A stretch of 64,000 bases of DNA from a virus. Its lineage: Duplodnaviria > Caudoviricetes. The stretch spans positions 1 to 64,000 of IMG/VR virus record IMGVR_UViG_3300021400_000138. One strand, 5' to 3'. Made by a program: the position numbers and the translations under genes. This document shows positions 1 through 10,166 of the stretch, one piece after another. Within the stretch, counting starts at the first letter, position 1. Every line of letters starts with the position of its first letter. A model generated the notes under the pieces. That model searched no databases. It was given only the letters and a program-made list of their open reading frames with translations, and was not told the DNA's origin.

Positions 1-141
1 AACTTCGTTTGTGGGTTTCTGATCGATTTTATCTATAAGTCTTTTCGCAACTGTCATATTGCGAATAACTTTACCTTTAAGTTCAGTTTCATTTTCTACA
101 TTCCCTTGATTAAATGCATCTTTGCGTGTTGTAATTTCCAT
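1..141 (-). CDS. hypothetical protein, partial (runs off the window)
   Basis: ATG at 141 with AAGGAG/GAAGG upstream; open to the window edge (MEITTRKDAFNQGNVE...). Confidence 0.6.
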   Translation of the reverse strand, partial: MEITTRKDAFNQGNVENETELKGKVIRNMTVAKRLIDKIDQKPTNEV

Positions 142-162
142 ACCTTCTTATTATCTCCTTTT

Positions 163-1365
163 TTATTTAAATAAATTTGCAAACAATTTGCTTGCAGAAC
201 TTCTAACATCTTCTTCTAAATAAATACATGCAAACATTTCATTGCCTTTTAATTCATTACACATTTTTACAAGTGCATTTGTCCTAGTTGGATTGTATAC
301 ACTCTGTGAATAATCACCTGTATAAAAAACTCTTGATTCCTTACCCAGTCTTGTGCCAATCAATCTAATCTGTTTTTCCGTGAGATCTTCCGCTTCATCA
401 ACAAGCAAAATGCTATAGTTATATGTGCGTCCCTTAATAAAGTACGGCACATTCGCTTCAATAACACCACGTTGCTTTAATGATTCCAATTCAAACTCTC
501 CACCATCTAGCTGATCAGCAAAAGGTAGCATAAAGTCTAAAATTTTGGAATCCTTTTCTCCTGGTAGCCAGCCGATCTCGGCTCCATCTGAAACATATTC
601 ACGTAGTGCAATAATTTTAGATTGCCATCCCTTTTCTTGAACAGACATTAATGCACACTGTGTAGCAAGTTTTGTTTTTCCACTTCCATAACCACCAAGT
701 ATTGCGACAATAGGAATATTAGGATTATTTAAAATATCCAATGCACATCTTTGAAGTGAATTCTTGCCTTTAATAATCTTAGATGACGGCAATTTCAGCG
801 GGACAAACATAGTACCGTCAAAACGCATTTCTTTAACAGAATCGTCATCAGTATTGTGAATCAAACAATACTCATTCGTATACCAATCAGAATAATCAAT
901 GTTACTCATATAATCATTGATATATTCTGTATTACCAACTATTTCTTTATAACCCTTATAAATTTCTTCTTTATCTTCAAACCACTCAACATTAAGCCCA
1001 AATATCTGCTCCGCAATAATTCTACAATTCAAATCATGCGTAACAAATTTCACATCTTTCTCTTTATTCAAATAAGCAGCGCAAGCACAAATAATCACAT
1101 CAGGACTTTCAAAATCTACGCCAAGATCTGAATATTCGTTATACTCGCTTTCTGTAAAGATCACAACCTGATATTCCCCGTGATGATCAGCTAGCCATCT
1201 GGAAACTTTTCTAGCCGCAGCTTTTACATCTTCGGACTTTGTTCGACTGGTCTTTATATTCTCTAGTTCCTCTAACGTTTTACTAGATATAGCAAAATGC
1301 CGTCCTGCAAAATCTCCTATACCTTCAAGCAAAACATTCGTATCCAAAAACAAAAGTTCACTCAC
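163..1365 (-). CDS. phoH: PIN domain-PhoH family ATPase
   Basis: N-terminal PIN motif FLDTNVLL; Walker A GGYGSGKT; IGWLPG, FIKGRT, VDEAED, GDYSQ and VRS motifs. Confidence 0.9.
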   Translation of the reverse strand: MSELLFLDTNVLLEGIGDFAGRHFAISSKTLEELENIKTSRTKSEDVKAAARKVSRWLADHHGEYQVVIFTESEYNEYSDLGVDFESPDVIICACAAYLNKEKDVKFVTHDLNCRIIAEQIFGLNVEWFEDKEEIYKGYKEIVGNTEYINDYMSNIDYSDWYTNEYCLIHNTDDDSVKEMRFDGTMFVPLKLPSSKIIKGKNSLQRCALDILNNPNIPIVAILGGYGSGKTKLATQCALMSVQEKGWQSKIIALREYVSDGAEIGWLPGEKDSKILDFMLPFADQLDGGEFELESLKQRGVIEANVPYFIKGRTYNYSILLVDEAEDLTEKQIRLIGTRLGKESRVFYTGDYSQSVYNPTRTNALVKMCNELKGNEMFACIYLEEDVRSSASKLFANLFK

Positions 1366-1537
1366 TCTTTACTCCACCACCTTCGTGATACTCCTCTAGA
1401 GCTTTATTCACTTTATAGCAATCGACCACATAGTACCTTTTGGCCCTACTTTTATGCCCTTTGCTGGTAGTGTGTATATAATTCCATAATCTTTTCTGGC
1501 GGAGATACGCCGCCTCATCAGAACTTATTTTGAACAA
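1358..1537 (-). CDS. small basic hypothetical protein (59 aa), missing from the ORF track
   Basis: AGAAAGGA RBS, TTG start, MFKISSDEAAYLRQKRLW...; stop overlaps the phoH start. Confidence 0.6.
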   Translation of the reverse strand: MFKISSDEAAYLRQKRLWNYIHTTSKGHKSRAKRYYVVDCYKVNKALEEYHEGGGVKSE

Positions 1538-1889
1538 ATCATCTGTCCTTTCTAAAATAAATTGAGCGGCCCAACCCGCTCTGGCAGAGTAATAACCCTG
1601 GAGTTCCCCGACTTAAGGTATCAGGTGGAGGGACCAAATATTCAGCCCACCTTGTAAGGTGAATTTAATATAAGGCGTACCTAAACGTACGCACGTAACT
1701 ACTCAAATGGAGAGTCATAAAACGCTGTGTACAAACGGCGTTAAGCATGATTCTTCAAGGTCTGTAATACATAATTTTTCGCTATTAACATGTACAGAAC
1801 GTGCAAACCTTCTATAATTGAGAAAGGGGTTTTATGTTATGACAAACGAAAGTAGGCGATTTGCACGTTAGAATTTTCCATAAAATAAA

Positions 1890-2216
1890 TCGCAACCATT
1901 ACAGCCGCATACAAACCACAAAGCCTTACATGCAATGCTTATCAAACTGAACTGCGGATTTTATCGAATATTATTCTTTAACACATAATAAGTATTCAAA
2001 TTTTAAATCCTAAATCATAAATTCTAAAGATTAAGGGTTAATTGTTGAACTTTCTTCACCAAGATTGTACTTTAACTAATCGAGCTATATCCTCATAATT
2101 TGATATCTCGATCTTGTTAAATAACTCTTCATCCTTAAGAATATTTGATTTTATGGGCGGATGATAAGGCTCATCCGCAAAGCCGCATCAGTTCGTGGTT
2201 TTCGTAATAGTTGCAA
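1890..2216 (-). ncRNA. candidate structured ncRNA downstream of the DUF6847-like gene
   Basis: 13-bp closing helix (2204-2216 with 1890-1902), second long-range helix AAACCACGAA/UUUGUGGUUU, hairpin 2157-2178, 7-nt periodic array 1998-2053; no ORF. Confidence 0.65.
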
Positions 2217-2221
2217 AATAA

Positions 2222-2857
2222 TCAAATTTCAATATATGTTGTAGAGTTACTAATGCTCAGTTTTACGTCAACCTCAGCTTCAAAAGCGTTGATCTCTTCT
2301 TCGAGCAACTGAATTTTCTCATAAAGTCCCAGAGGATCAACTAGATCGAACTCATTCTTTGCTCTATACGGATCAGAAATAGAAGCAAGTTCCTGTTCAG
2401 ATACTTTCTTATCCGAATCCTTCCCGAGAAAACCTTCAAGCATCTTATCAATCTGAGCATCAACTTTCTTATTTTCTTTCAATACTTCGTCAGTAGCCTT
2501 AACCCACTGGCTCTGGAGAACCATAAGAAACTGTTTATCATAAACAATCGAATTCTTTCTTTCGATGGCTTCAGCTACTGTATATCTCTTACCCGCAATT
2601 TCTACGGATGTAATCGCATTGCTCTGGACAATCGCTGCCTTGAGCTTTGCGCGGTTCTTAATGAGATCAGATACCGACTGATACGAAGCCTTGGCATTTT
2701 CCTCAAAATTTTTTACAGTAAATACTCCAACTTTATCAGCGGACTTTTTCTTTGCTCCAACAAATTTCGCCGAAGTCAGTGCTTTGTTGATTTTTCCATC
2801 GTAGAGCTTCAACTCTAACAGCGCTTCCGTAATACTAATCTTTCTCATATCAGCCAT
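2222..2857 (-). CDS. DIP1984/DUF6847-like coiled-coil protein
   Basis: Family-like pattern: ITEALLELK...IVQSNAIT...YTVAEAIERK...EVDVKLSISNSTT. Confidence 0.65.
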   Translation of the reverse strand: MADMRKISITEALLELKLYDGKINKALTSAKFVGAKKKSADKVGVFTVKNFEENAKASYQSVSDLIKNRAKLKAAIVQSNAITSVEIAGKRYTVAEAIERKNSIVYDKQFLMVLQSQWVKATDEVLKENKKVDAQIDKMLEGFLGKDSDKKVSEQELASISDPYRAKNEFDLVDPLGLYEKIQLLEEEINAFEAEVDVKLSISNSTTYIEI

Positions 2858-2905
2858 AATCTTTATCTCCTTTTAATCATTATATATAAATCTCAAAATT
2901 TTTAA

Positions 2906-3199
2906 TTACAATTCAATAGCCTTTACTGCGTCTTTAATAGACTTGCCAAACTTAGCTTTGGGAGCATATCTCTCCTCAATATAAAGAGCTTCACCAGTAC
3001 TTGGATTTACTCCGTTTCTAGCTGCCCTCTTAACAACACCGAACTTAACACCAGGAATGGGAGAGAAGCCATCTTCGTCAGCAATATGGTCTACGGTCAT
3101 TTCGCCAAGAATAGTAAGAATGGCGTTTGCATCCTTAAGATTTGCAATAGCTCCATTACTACGTTCTTTCAGTTCTCTTGCAACATCAATTTTCTTCAT
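2906..3199 (-). CDS. hup: HU/IHF-like DNA-binding protein (start revised to 3199)
   Basis: RAARNGVNPSTGE...PKAKFGKSIKDAV signature; AAGGAG RBS before MKKIDVA. Confidence 0.85.
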   Translation of the reverse strand: MKKIDVARELKERSNGAIANLKDANAILTILGEMTVDHIADEDGFSPIPGVKFGVVKRAARNGVNPSTGEALYIEERYAPKAKFGKSIKDAVKAIEL

Positions 3200-3370
3200 A
3201 ATATTATTTCTCCTTTTTATCTCATAAAAATGTTTGTTTGTTAATTTCCTTATAATCGCGATTAAATAGGAGAGTAGCATAAAATGTTCTCTCCAATAGT
3301 CATGAACTATCAAAACCATGAATACACTGGAAAATCTAGCTTCTTGGATATATTTTCGACTTTCAATGTA

Positions 3371-4272
3371 TTAGCTATTCTTTATAAAACAAGATAAAAA
3401 CAACTCTGGATTTACATCGTACAACACCTTAAACAACACAGACTTATTTCTATTTGTTTTATTAGATAACTTTTTCTTATGTATTACTAAATGAGGCTCT
3501 GTTCCAAATGCTCTTTTTATTAACCATAACACCAACTGTCTATATTTTTTAGACATGGAAGAGGATCGAATATCATTTATAAGATTATCAAAATTACTTC
3601 TAAGTAAAATAAAATTGTTGTAATCATATTCGCCATTAGAATATAATTCATTCGTAGCGTAATTATAATAATCAAAAGAATAATCTTCGATTAACTTTTC
3701 AATTTTCCTGCTGGCATTACGATTCACTTCAACCTTTTCTTTAATCAATAAATCACAAAGATCTATAGAATTCATAGTATACTTTGCATATCCAACTTTA
3801 AGATCCTGTAAATAATTCATTGGACAATGAAGATCAGAATTAATTCTTTCTTTTTCAAATCCTTTTCGGATTGCTTTCCAGAATTTTGGATACTTATATT
3901 TTTTAATATCCATGTCATCTCTGATTCTGCGGATTTCACTGGCAATATCAATATCAAATCTTCTTTTTGCTGAGTCTATACTAGCCTGAGCAATGACACT
4001 CAAAACTGCTACGTAATCATTATATTTTGGATCATCAAAATTAAATGAATAAGTCAAACAGATTTGCGCAAGATTAGAAGATTCTCCAATATCACGTTGT
4101 GATCCTGCAAGTGCATTATCCATTGCCGCAAAATCATGCATGGTATTATTGTATTTATTCGTATCCTTCGGAATGTTATTTACAATCGTTGGATAAACTT
4201 TATAACACATTGCAGCATGTGAAACAATTTCTTTTTGATTGGTAACATATAATGAATCTGAGTCTTGATCTG
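3371..4272 (-). CDS. YonO-like phage RNA polymerase, exon 2
   Basis: Joining to exon 1 restores NNGSDQDSD (DxDxD catalytic motif); IGESSNLAQ and IDSAKR motifs; in frame with ORF 3371..4210. Confidence 0.85.
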
Positions 4273-5125
4273 CTTTTCTTATTAGTAAGGTTCTTTATCC
4301 TTACGCTGAAGTTTCCTTCAGGATTGGACTATATCTTCGCCGTGATATCTATGTAATATTTTAGGCGTTCTGCGCTCGTGCCAAAACATTATGTCATAAA
4401 TGTTTTAGTAGTCTCTAAACCTTTCCTGTTTATTTTAACTGACTTCAACAGGCTTGGTAATTGATTAGCATTATATATATTAGTTTTAAACTTCTGGAAT
4501 ACACTTCCACGTACGTCTTTTGGCTATATTTGATATCGTTGAATGAATGCTTTTATATTTTGATGGCTTATCTAGTTCTGGGAAATAATATCTAACAATA
4601 TCAGCTATACTACTACCATTGTCGTACATTTTTCTGATTTCTAGTACCTGTTCTATACTAAATCTAGATCTTCCATTATTATTCCCTTGTTTACTTTTGC
4701 AAATCGTATCATAATTATTATTCACACTATAATCAATGTTTTCTTGATGACTAACCCATTCAAGATTATCAGCGTTATAATTTGTTCGATCTAGATCTTT
4801 ATGATTTACTTCAGCTCCCTCAAAATATCCTTCTACCCAACCATGAGCCACATATAAATGAACCGGAATACCGCCGCCAAAACAAGGATACCCGTCTTCA
4901 TTTAAATACGTTGTTGCCTTTTGAGATCTTCTAATTGGATTAATAGCAGATCCATCTTCTGCAATTAATTTCCCTCTGCCGCGTAATTCCACATATCTAT
5001 ATTCTTTTCCATTTATAATTTCAGTATACATCAACAATATCACCAACAATATATATTTTAGCTTTTCAATTTTTCACAGAATATCTTTAGAACTAAGTTT
5101 CCTTAGAACTGGGCCAGTCTAATTA
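4273..5125 (-). mobile_element. group I intron (853 nt) in the RNA polymerase gene
   Basis: Exon ends GGGU pairing with IGS GCCC (U-G); terminal G at 4273; core R (UAGAGACUAC) and S (AAGAUAUAGUCC) elements; splicing restores the frame. Confidence 0.9.
4486..5049 (-). CDS. intron-encoded HNH homing endonuclease (probable start MYTEI at about 5031)
   Basis: VHLYVAHGWV...EVNHKDLDRTNYNADNLEWVSHQEN HNH motif with a C-terminal HTH-like region; lies inside the intron. Confidence 0.9.
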   Translation of the reverse strand: MLVILLMYTEIINGKEYRYVELRGRGKLIAEDGSAINPIRRSQKATTYLNEDGYPCFGGGIPVHLYVAHGWVEGYFEGAEVNHKDLDRTNYNADNLEWVSHQENIDYSVNNNYDTICKSKQGNNNGRSRFSIEQVLEIRKMYDNGSSIADIVRYYFPELDKPSKYKSIHSTISNIAKRRTWKCIPEV

Positions 5126-6848
5126 ACCCGTTGTTACGATCCTGGAAATCTGTACCAATCATATTTACTGCAACTATCTGTTTAGAAAATTTGAAGTACT
5201 TATCAAACCTTTCATCATAGTGATTGTGTAAATAAGACATATTAAATCTGCCATTAAATGGACTACGAAATCCAGCAAGATATTCTCCATCTTCAAATCT
5301 TGGAGTATAACATTGAATGGTTCCATCCTCATGCAGAAGTGTATCATCTAAATCACAATCTTTTTCATCACCAGATGCAGCATAAAGCAACATGGCATAT
5401 GGAGAACCAACTATTGTTAAATTATCTCCGTTTTGAATGATCTCCCCAGATTTTATATGAAGAAGATAATTGGAAAGAATAGTAGTTTTTCTATATCTAT
5501 AATAAGAACTTTTTTCAAAATCTTTATTCCATTTACATAATTCTAAAAGAACGTTATAATCATTTGAAAAATTTATGTTCTTACGTAGATATTCTTTGAA
5601 TGCCTCATTGTCATTTTTTAAAAGACTAATACAATCAACAGTTTCTTTACAAACCTGTTCCATTGTGGCTTCATCCAATGAGTTCGTTATCTGGTAACTC
5701 ATCTTTTGATACTCACCAAGCTTACTGGGATGTGAGAACTTTACAACACCAAAATTGCATCCATTGGCTCTTACCCAATCACACCAATATTCATAAGATA
5801 TATTGAACTTGATCCACTTCACCGCGTTAAGCGTGGTCACAATCTTTATATCTTTCAAATAATGATCATTACCCCAATAATCCTTTACAGAATAAGTATT
5901 ATAATCTTTTCCGTGTTCTTTACACCAATCCTTAAAGAATAATTGCATATTCGTATGAAATGCCGCCATCTTTGTAAAATGATGTCGAAGTAGCACATAA
6001 CCATTAGCCCACTCTGGGAATACCGAATCATCAATTAATGCCTGCCCATCAAATAAAGTATTAGATAACTTATATTCATCAATCCAATTAGCAAAACAAT
6101 GTTTATTCGCATTTGTTTCAACGCTAACAACATCGCGTGTAAAGAACCTATCTACATCTTCCATGATCAAAATATTATAAGGATCAACTTGTATTCGTCC
6201 AACAATTCCGCTAGAAATAAGGGGACAATAAGCTGAAGCTTCAACAATCTTAGCATCTGTATCCGGAAGCTTTATTCCCATATAAATAAAGTTGTGTACC
6301 TTATCATAAAGTTCTTCTCGAATAAATGTGCAAGTACCTTTCTTTGCTTTACCAGTTGATCGAAAGAGCATTTTATAATGAATTGTTTCCTTATTGCCTC
6401 TCCTGGAGATATATGTAATATCTACACCATTTTCGTAGTAATAAGTTCTTACATCTTCTTTTGAGTATTTTTTATAAACATCTTTATTCTTTGTTGCATT
6501 CTCGATTAGTTCATTATATTTTTCTCTTTTCGCTTTTGTCTTTTCAATGAGATATTTATCATTCTCTGCAACAGCTTTATTGTATTCGTCTACTGCTTTA
6601 CTAGCATGCGTATATAGATGATTCTTTTCTTCATCATACGACCTGGTTCCGAAGTTAAACTCAAGACAAATAACATCTCTCGTAGAATCTTCTTTGTAAA
6701 CTGATAAACCATTCTCTTTTAGAAAATCCAGAAATAAACTATTCACGAGCATTGCGTCTTTATATTCGTAATGATCGCGAAGACCTTTATTAAATTCAAA
6801 AAGAGTTGCCGCCTCAATGTTCCTAATTCTTACTCCATATTCACTTAT
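5126..6848 (-). CDS. YonO-like single-subunit RNA polymerase, exon 1 (probable ATA start at 6848)
   Basis: RSTGKAKKG, LFDGQALID, LLRHHFTK and FRSPFN motifs; frame open 32 codons upstream of the track ATG; spliced product about 874 aa. Confidence 0.85.
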
Positions 6849-7195
6849 ACCGCACCACCACCATCCGATTTCATCTTAGTTAACAGGTAATCATATAATT
6901 CAGAAGAAGAAGTGATTTTAATTCTTTGCCCATCAGAATCCATATATTCCTGATTGCCCTTGCCCCTTCCAAAATTATTTACAAAACAAAAAGTATCTAT
7001 ACAATCAATCTCATCACATCCTTTAAATGAATTCTTAATAATTTTAATTAGAATAGCATCATTACTCGGCTCAATAAGATAACCATCTGCGCCGTATTTT
7101 TTACATAACTTGTGTTTGTCATTTTGATAATCTTTTAAGCGCATTATAGAATCAATTGCTTCTATAAATAGTTCTTTGGAAATCATTTCTCCCAA
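6845..7195 (-). CDS. hypothetical protein, probable paralog of 7751..8149
   Basis: Both share ISKE.F.. near the N-terminus, I..FC...FGR, and a C-terminal E.L.DYL. Confidence 0.7.
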   Translation of the reverse strand: MGEMISKELFIEAIDSIMRLKDYQNDKHKLCKKYGADGYLIEPSNDAILIKIIKNSFKGCDEIDCIDTFCFVNNFGRGKGNQEYMDSDGQRIKITSSSELYDYLLTKMKSDGGGAV

Positions 7196-7212
7196 TAGGC
7201 ATCACTCCCATT

Positions 7213-7758
7213 TCACACAACCTCAATACAACAACTCTTCATAATATCCATAGCCTTCTCGTGCATCTCTGGCGATGTTCCCACACATAAATCCTTATGA
7301 ACCATAATATCTATTTCGGGATACTGTTTCCGCAAAATCAACGCATTAGAAACTACACAAATATCTGAGGCTACGCCACAAATGTCTACTTTATAAACGT
7401 CCCATTTTTTATTCTCAAAGTACTCCCTCCAATCAACTCCAAATGTTTGCTTATTTAATATATGATTACTCGCCGCAAGCTCCGCCAATTCATCAACAAT
7501 ACACCAGCCAGGAGTATCTTCTATACAGTGTGTAACTGGAATATGCTGTCCTTCTAGCGTATTCAGATAATTCCATCCGTGGGTATCCCTGGTAAACACA
7601 ACCTGTTTACTATATCTAAACACACTATCATCAAGAAACTCTTCAACATATTCTTTTATCTTCGGCACAATCTTCTTTGCACCTGGAAGAGCAAGTGATC
7701 CAGATATAAAATCATTTTGCATATCTATAACCAGAAGAATTCTTTTATCATCACTCAT
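7213..7758 (-). CDS. pncA: isochorismatase-family cysteine hydrolase, nicotinamidase-like
   Basis: LLVIDMQNDFISGSL, TRDTH, HC...G, K, GVASDICV catalytic motifs. Confidence 0.85.
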   Translation of the reverse strand: MSDDKRILLVIDMQNDFISGSLALPGAKKIVPKIKEYVEEFLDDSVFRYSKQVVFTRDTHGWNYLNTLEGQHIPVTHCIEDTPGWCIVDELAELAASNHILNKQTFGVDWREYFENKKWDVYKVDICGVASDICVVSNALILRKQYPEIDIMVHKDLCVGTSPEMHEKAMDIMKSCCIEVV

Positions 7759-8149
7759 CTTTTTTACTCCAATATGTCTCTATAAGATAATCCCATAACT
7801 TCTCCGCAGTACTAAAATCTATATCAATCACGTTCCCATTCTCATCAGTTTCTGTAACAGACCCAGGTTCCCACTTGCGACCAAAATCCAAATCATTACA
7901 AAAGAAATTTATGTCTCCAAAGAATTCTCCGTTTATATCATCATAGTTCTTTTCTAACAATACGGTTAATAAATCAGTAACGATTCCACCGAGAGCATAA
8001 GTATCCAGATCTATATTCAGCATGTTATCATAGCCCATTCTATGCACTGCCGTATCAACGTCCCAACAGGCTTGCAGCTGGCTTATTATTTTCAAAAATT
8101 TTTCTTTACTAATCGGGGGATTCCTGGATGTTTCCACTTTTTTATTCAT
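7751..8149 (-). CDS. hypothetical protein
   Basis: 132-aa ORF overlapping both neighbours in the operon. Confidence 0.7.
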   Translation of the reverse strand: MNKKVETSRNPPISKEKFLKIISQLQACWDVDTAVHRMGYDNMLNIDLDTYALGGIVTDLLTVLLEKNYDDINGEFFGDINFFCNDLDFGRKWEPGSVTETDENGNVIDIDFSTAEKLWDYLIETYWSKKDE

Positions 8150-8904
8150 TACGCAATGCCCCTTTTATTAACTCCGCGAACAATAGATCTCGCCAACTTA
8201 AATACTACATTCATATCAGGATTATCTAACAAAGAACGGCAAACAATATCAGTGCCAAACTGAATATACTCCTGCTTATCATATGATCCCTTCATCTTGT
8301 TACAAAAGTCATGAGATAACTGAAGATTATCTTCCAGATTTGTCCCGCCCTTAGATAGAGGAATAATATGGTCAACAGACATTTCCACCCTATCTACAGG
8401 CTTGCCACATATTTGACATATTCCATTATATTTGCTATAAATACGCCCCCTCACGGCAGAAGAGAACTGTATGCGTGGATATTTAATAATTACATTTTCT
8501 TCTGGAGTAACTATTTCGGCCTCTTCTACCTCTACAATATCTTCGCAAGGTTTTTCAACCTTATACTTCTTATACTTTGAATCAAGAATTATAACATTTG
8601 AAACAATACTGCATACATTATTCAGGTTAACATAATCATTAGCTTCCGAATACGAGCCAAACGATTTTGCCGCAGAAATTTCGGCAACTACATTATTGTC
8701 ATTGCCAAGAAATGTAATCGGAGTTACCATTGCGTAATCTTTATGATTCTTGTTATTAAACATCCTGATTGGAACGAGTTCCTTCTTTACTTTTGCAGAC
8801 TTTGGAAGATTACTCAGTTTATAATGACAAGCTGCAGTTGGAGAATCAACTAATTTGTCCTGACCACCCAAAAACTTTATATCATTACAAATATAAAATT
8901 TCAT
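8149..8904 (-). CDS. HNH endonuclease domain protein
   Basis: CQICG...SVDHIIPLSKGGTN...NLQLSHDFCN. Confidence 0.85.
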   Translation of the reverse strand: MKFYICNDIKFLGGQDKLVDSPTAACHYKLSNLPKSAKVKKELVPIRMFNNKNHKDYAMVTPITFLGNDNNVVAEISAAKSFGSYSEANDYVNLNNVCSIVSNVIILDSKYKKYKVEKPCEDIVEVEEAEIVTPEENVIIKYPRIQFSSAVRGRIYSKYNGICQICGKPVDRVEMSVDHIIPLSKGGTNLEDNLQLSHDFCNKMKGSYDKQEYIQFGTDIVCRSLLDNPDMNVVFKLARSIVRGVNKRGIA

Positions 8905-8906
8905 AC

Positions 8907-10163
8907 TTACGCCTCCTGCATAACTTTATTAAACAGATCCATAAGATATTTATTGTTAGCGATCATATAATATTTAGAACACTTAGAGAATCCAATCTTG
9001 TGCGAATATTCTCGCATCATTGAATCCAGGGACAGTTTACCAAGCTCTTCAATTCTTTCGTAGATTCTTCCGCAAGCAAGTTTGTAACTTATATTCTTCT
9101 TCTTAGCATATGCTTTAATTTCCGTCATAATCTCTTCCGGAATTTGCTTGATCAGAACAGATTTGTAAACATGAGGCTGATTAGTATTACTCATAGTTTT
9201 TACCTTATACTTTTTATTAAGATCATTAATGGCAGTATTAAATCCATCCCGCAGTTTTTTATTTCCGGAAATTACATCGATTATTTTAGATCCAGTAACT
9301 TTATTAATTTTATATCCATTCTTTCTCATAAGAGCATATACTTCGCGGTATTGAGCTGGAATATCTTTATGAGATTTCTTAGTTATTGATAATACAGAAT
9401 TATTTGCTTCATTAATCCATGAGTTCGCCGTAAGTTTCGGAGTGGCAAAAGGTTTTTCTACAATATTTTCCTTTGGCAAAGTAGGAGTAGCAGATCTATC
9501 TTTAATCTCTTTTATAATATCAGAAAGATTAACGGTTACATCCTGATACAATTTCTGCGAGAGAGATAAACTCTTATATAACTCAGCCTGATTAGATATC
9601 ACCTTATCTAATACTTCATCACGAGATTTTTCGCGTCGCTCCAGAATTTGCGTATAATCGCGGAACATTGCCATCATATTTGTCCAGTACATTGCCATTT
9701 CTTCACGGGTGAGAGGAACTTCATTAGATAAGTCATTCCCTTTATAGAAATATCTATATAATGCATCTGCACATTCTTCCTGGTACCGAATAAGTTTGTT
9801 GACAATTTCTGGTTGTTCGCGCTGCATAGTGGGAGTTATAGATATTTTCGCCAGAGCAAGAGGAATATAACGACGATTTAAACAATTTGCTTGTCTTTTA
9901 TATCCGTTAATTTGAAGGTCTAAAATTTTAGTCCCACGAGAAACAACAATGTCTTTTAACCAGGCCGTCCTCTGATTATCAATTTTCTTTTCGTCAAATC
10001 CAATATTCCGCAGAATATCATTAATTAATGCCCAGATTTCTCCGTTTTGATCTTTGATAGCAGTAATTGAATCGTTATAGAAAGTTACAGTGTTGGTTTC
10101 ATATGACATGATTTCGTTTGGCATATATTTTGCTCCTTTTATAGAATCTTTTATTATTAGCAT
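8907..10163 (-). CDS. phage antirepressor N-terminal domain protein (P22_AR_N-like)
   Basis: VTFYNDSITAIK...IPLALAKIS...KLIRYQEECADALYRYF. Confidence 0.75.
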   Translation of the reverse strand: MLIIKDSIKGAKYMPNEIMSYETNTVTFYNDSITAIKDQNGEIWALINDILRNIGFDEKKIDNQRTAWLKDIVVSRGTKILDLQINGYKRQANCLNRRYIPLALAKISITPTMQREQPEIVNKLIRYQEECADALYRYFYKGNDLSNEVPLTREEMAMYWTNMMAMFRDYTQILERREKSRDEVLDKVISNQAELYKSLSLSQKLYQDVTVNLSDIIKEIKDRSATPTLPKENIVEKPFATPKLTANSWINEANNSVLSITKKSHKDIPAQYREVYALMRKNGYKINKVTGSKIIDVISGNKKLRDGFNTAINDLNKKYKVKTMSNTNQPHVYKSVLIKQIPEEIMTEIKAYAKKKNISYKLACGRIYERIEELGKLSLDSMMREYSHKIGFSKCSKYYMIANNKYLMDLFNKVMQEA

Positions 10164-10166
10164 TTA

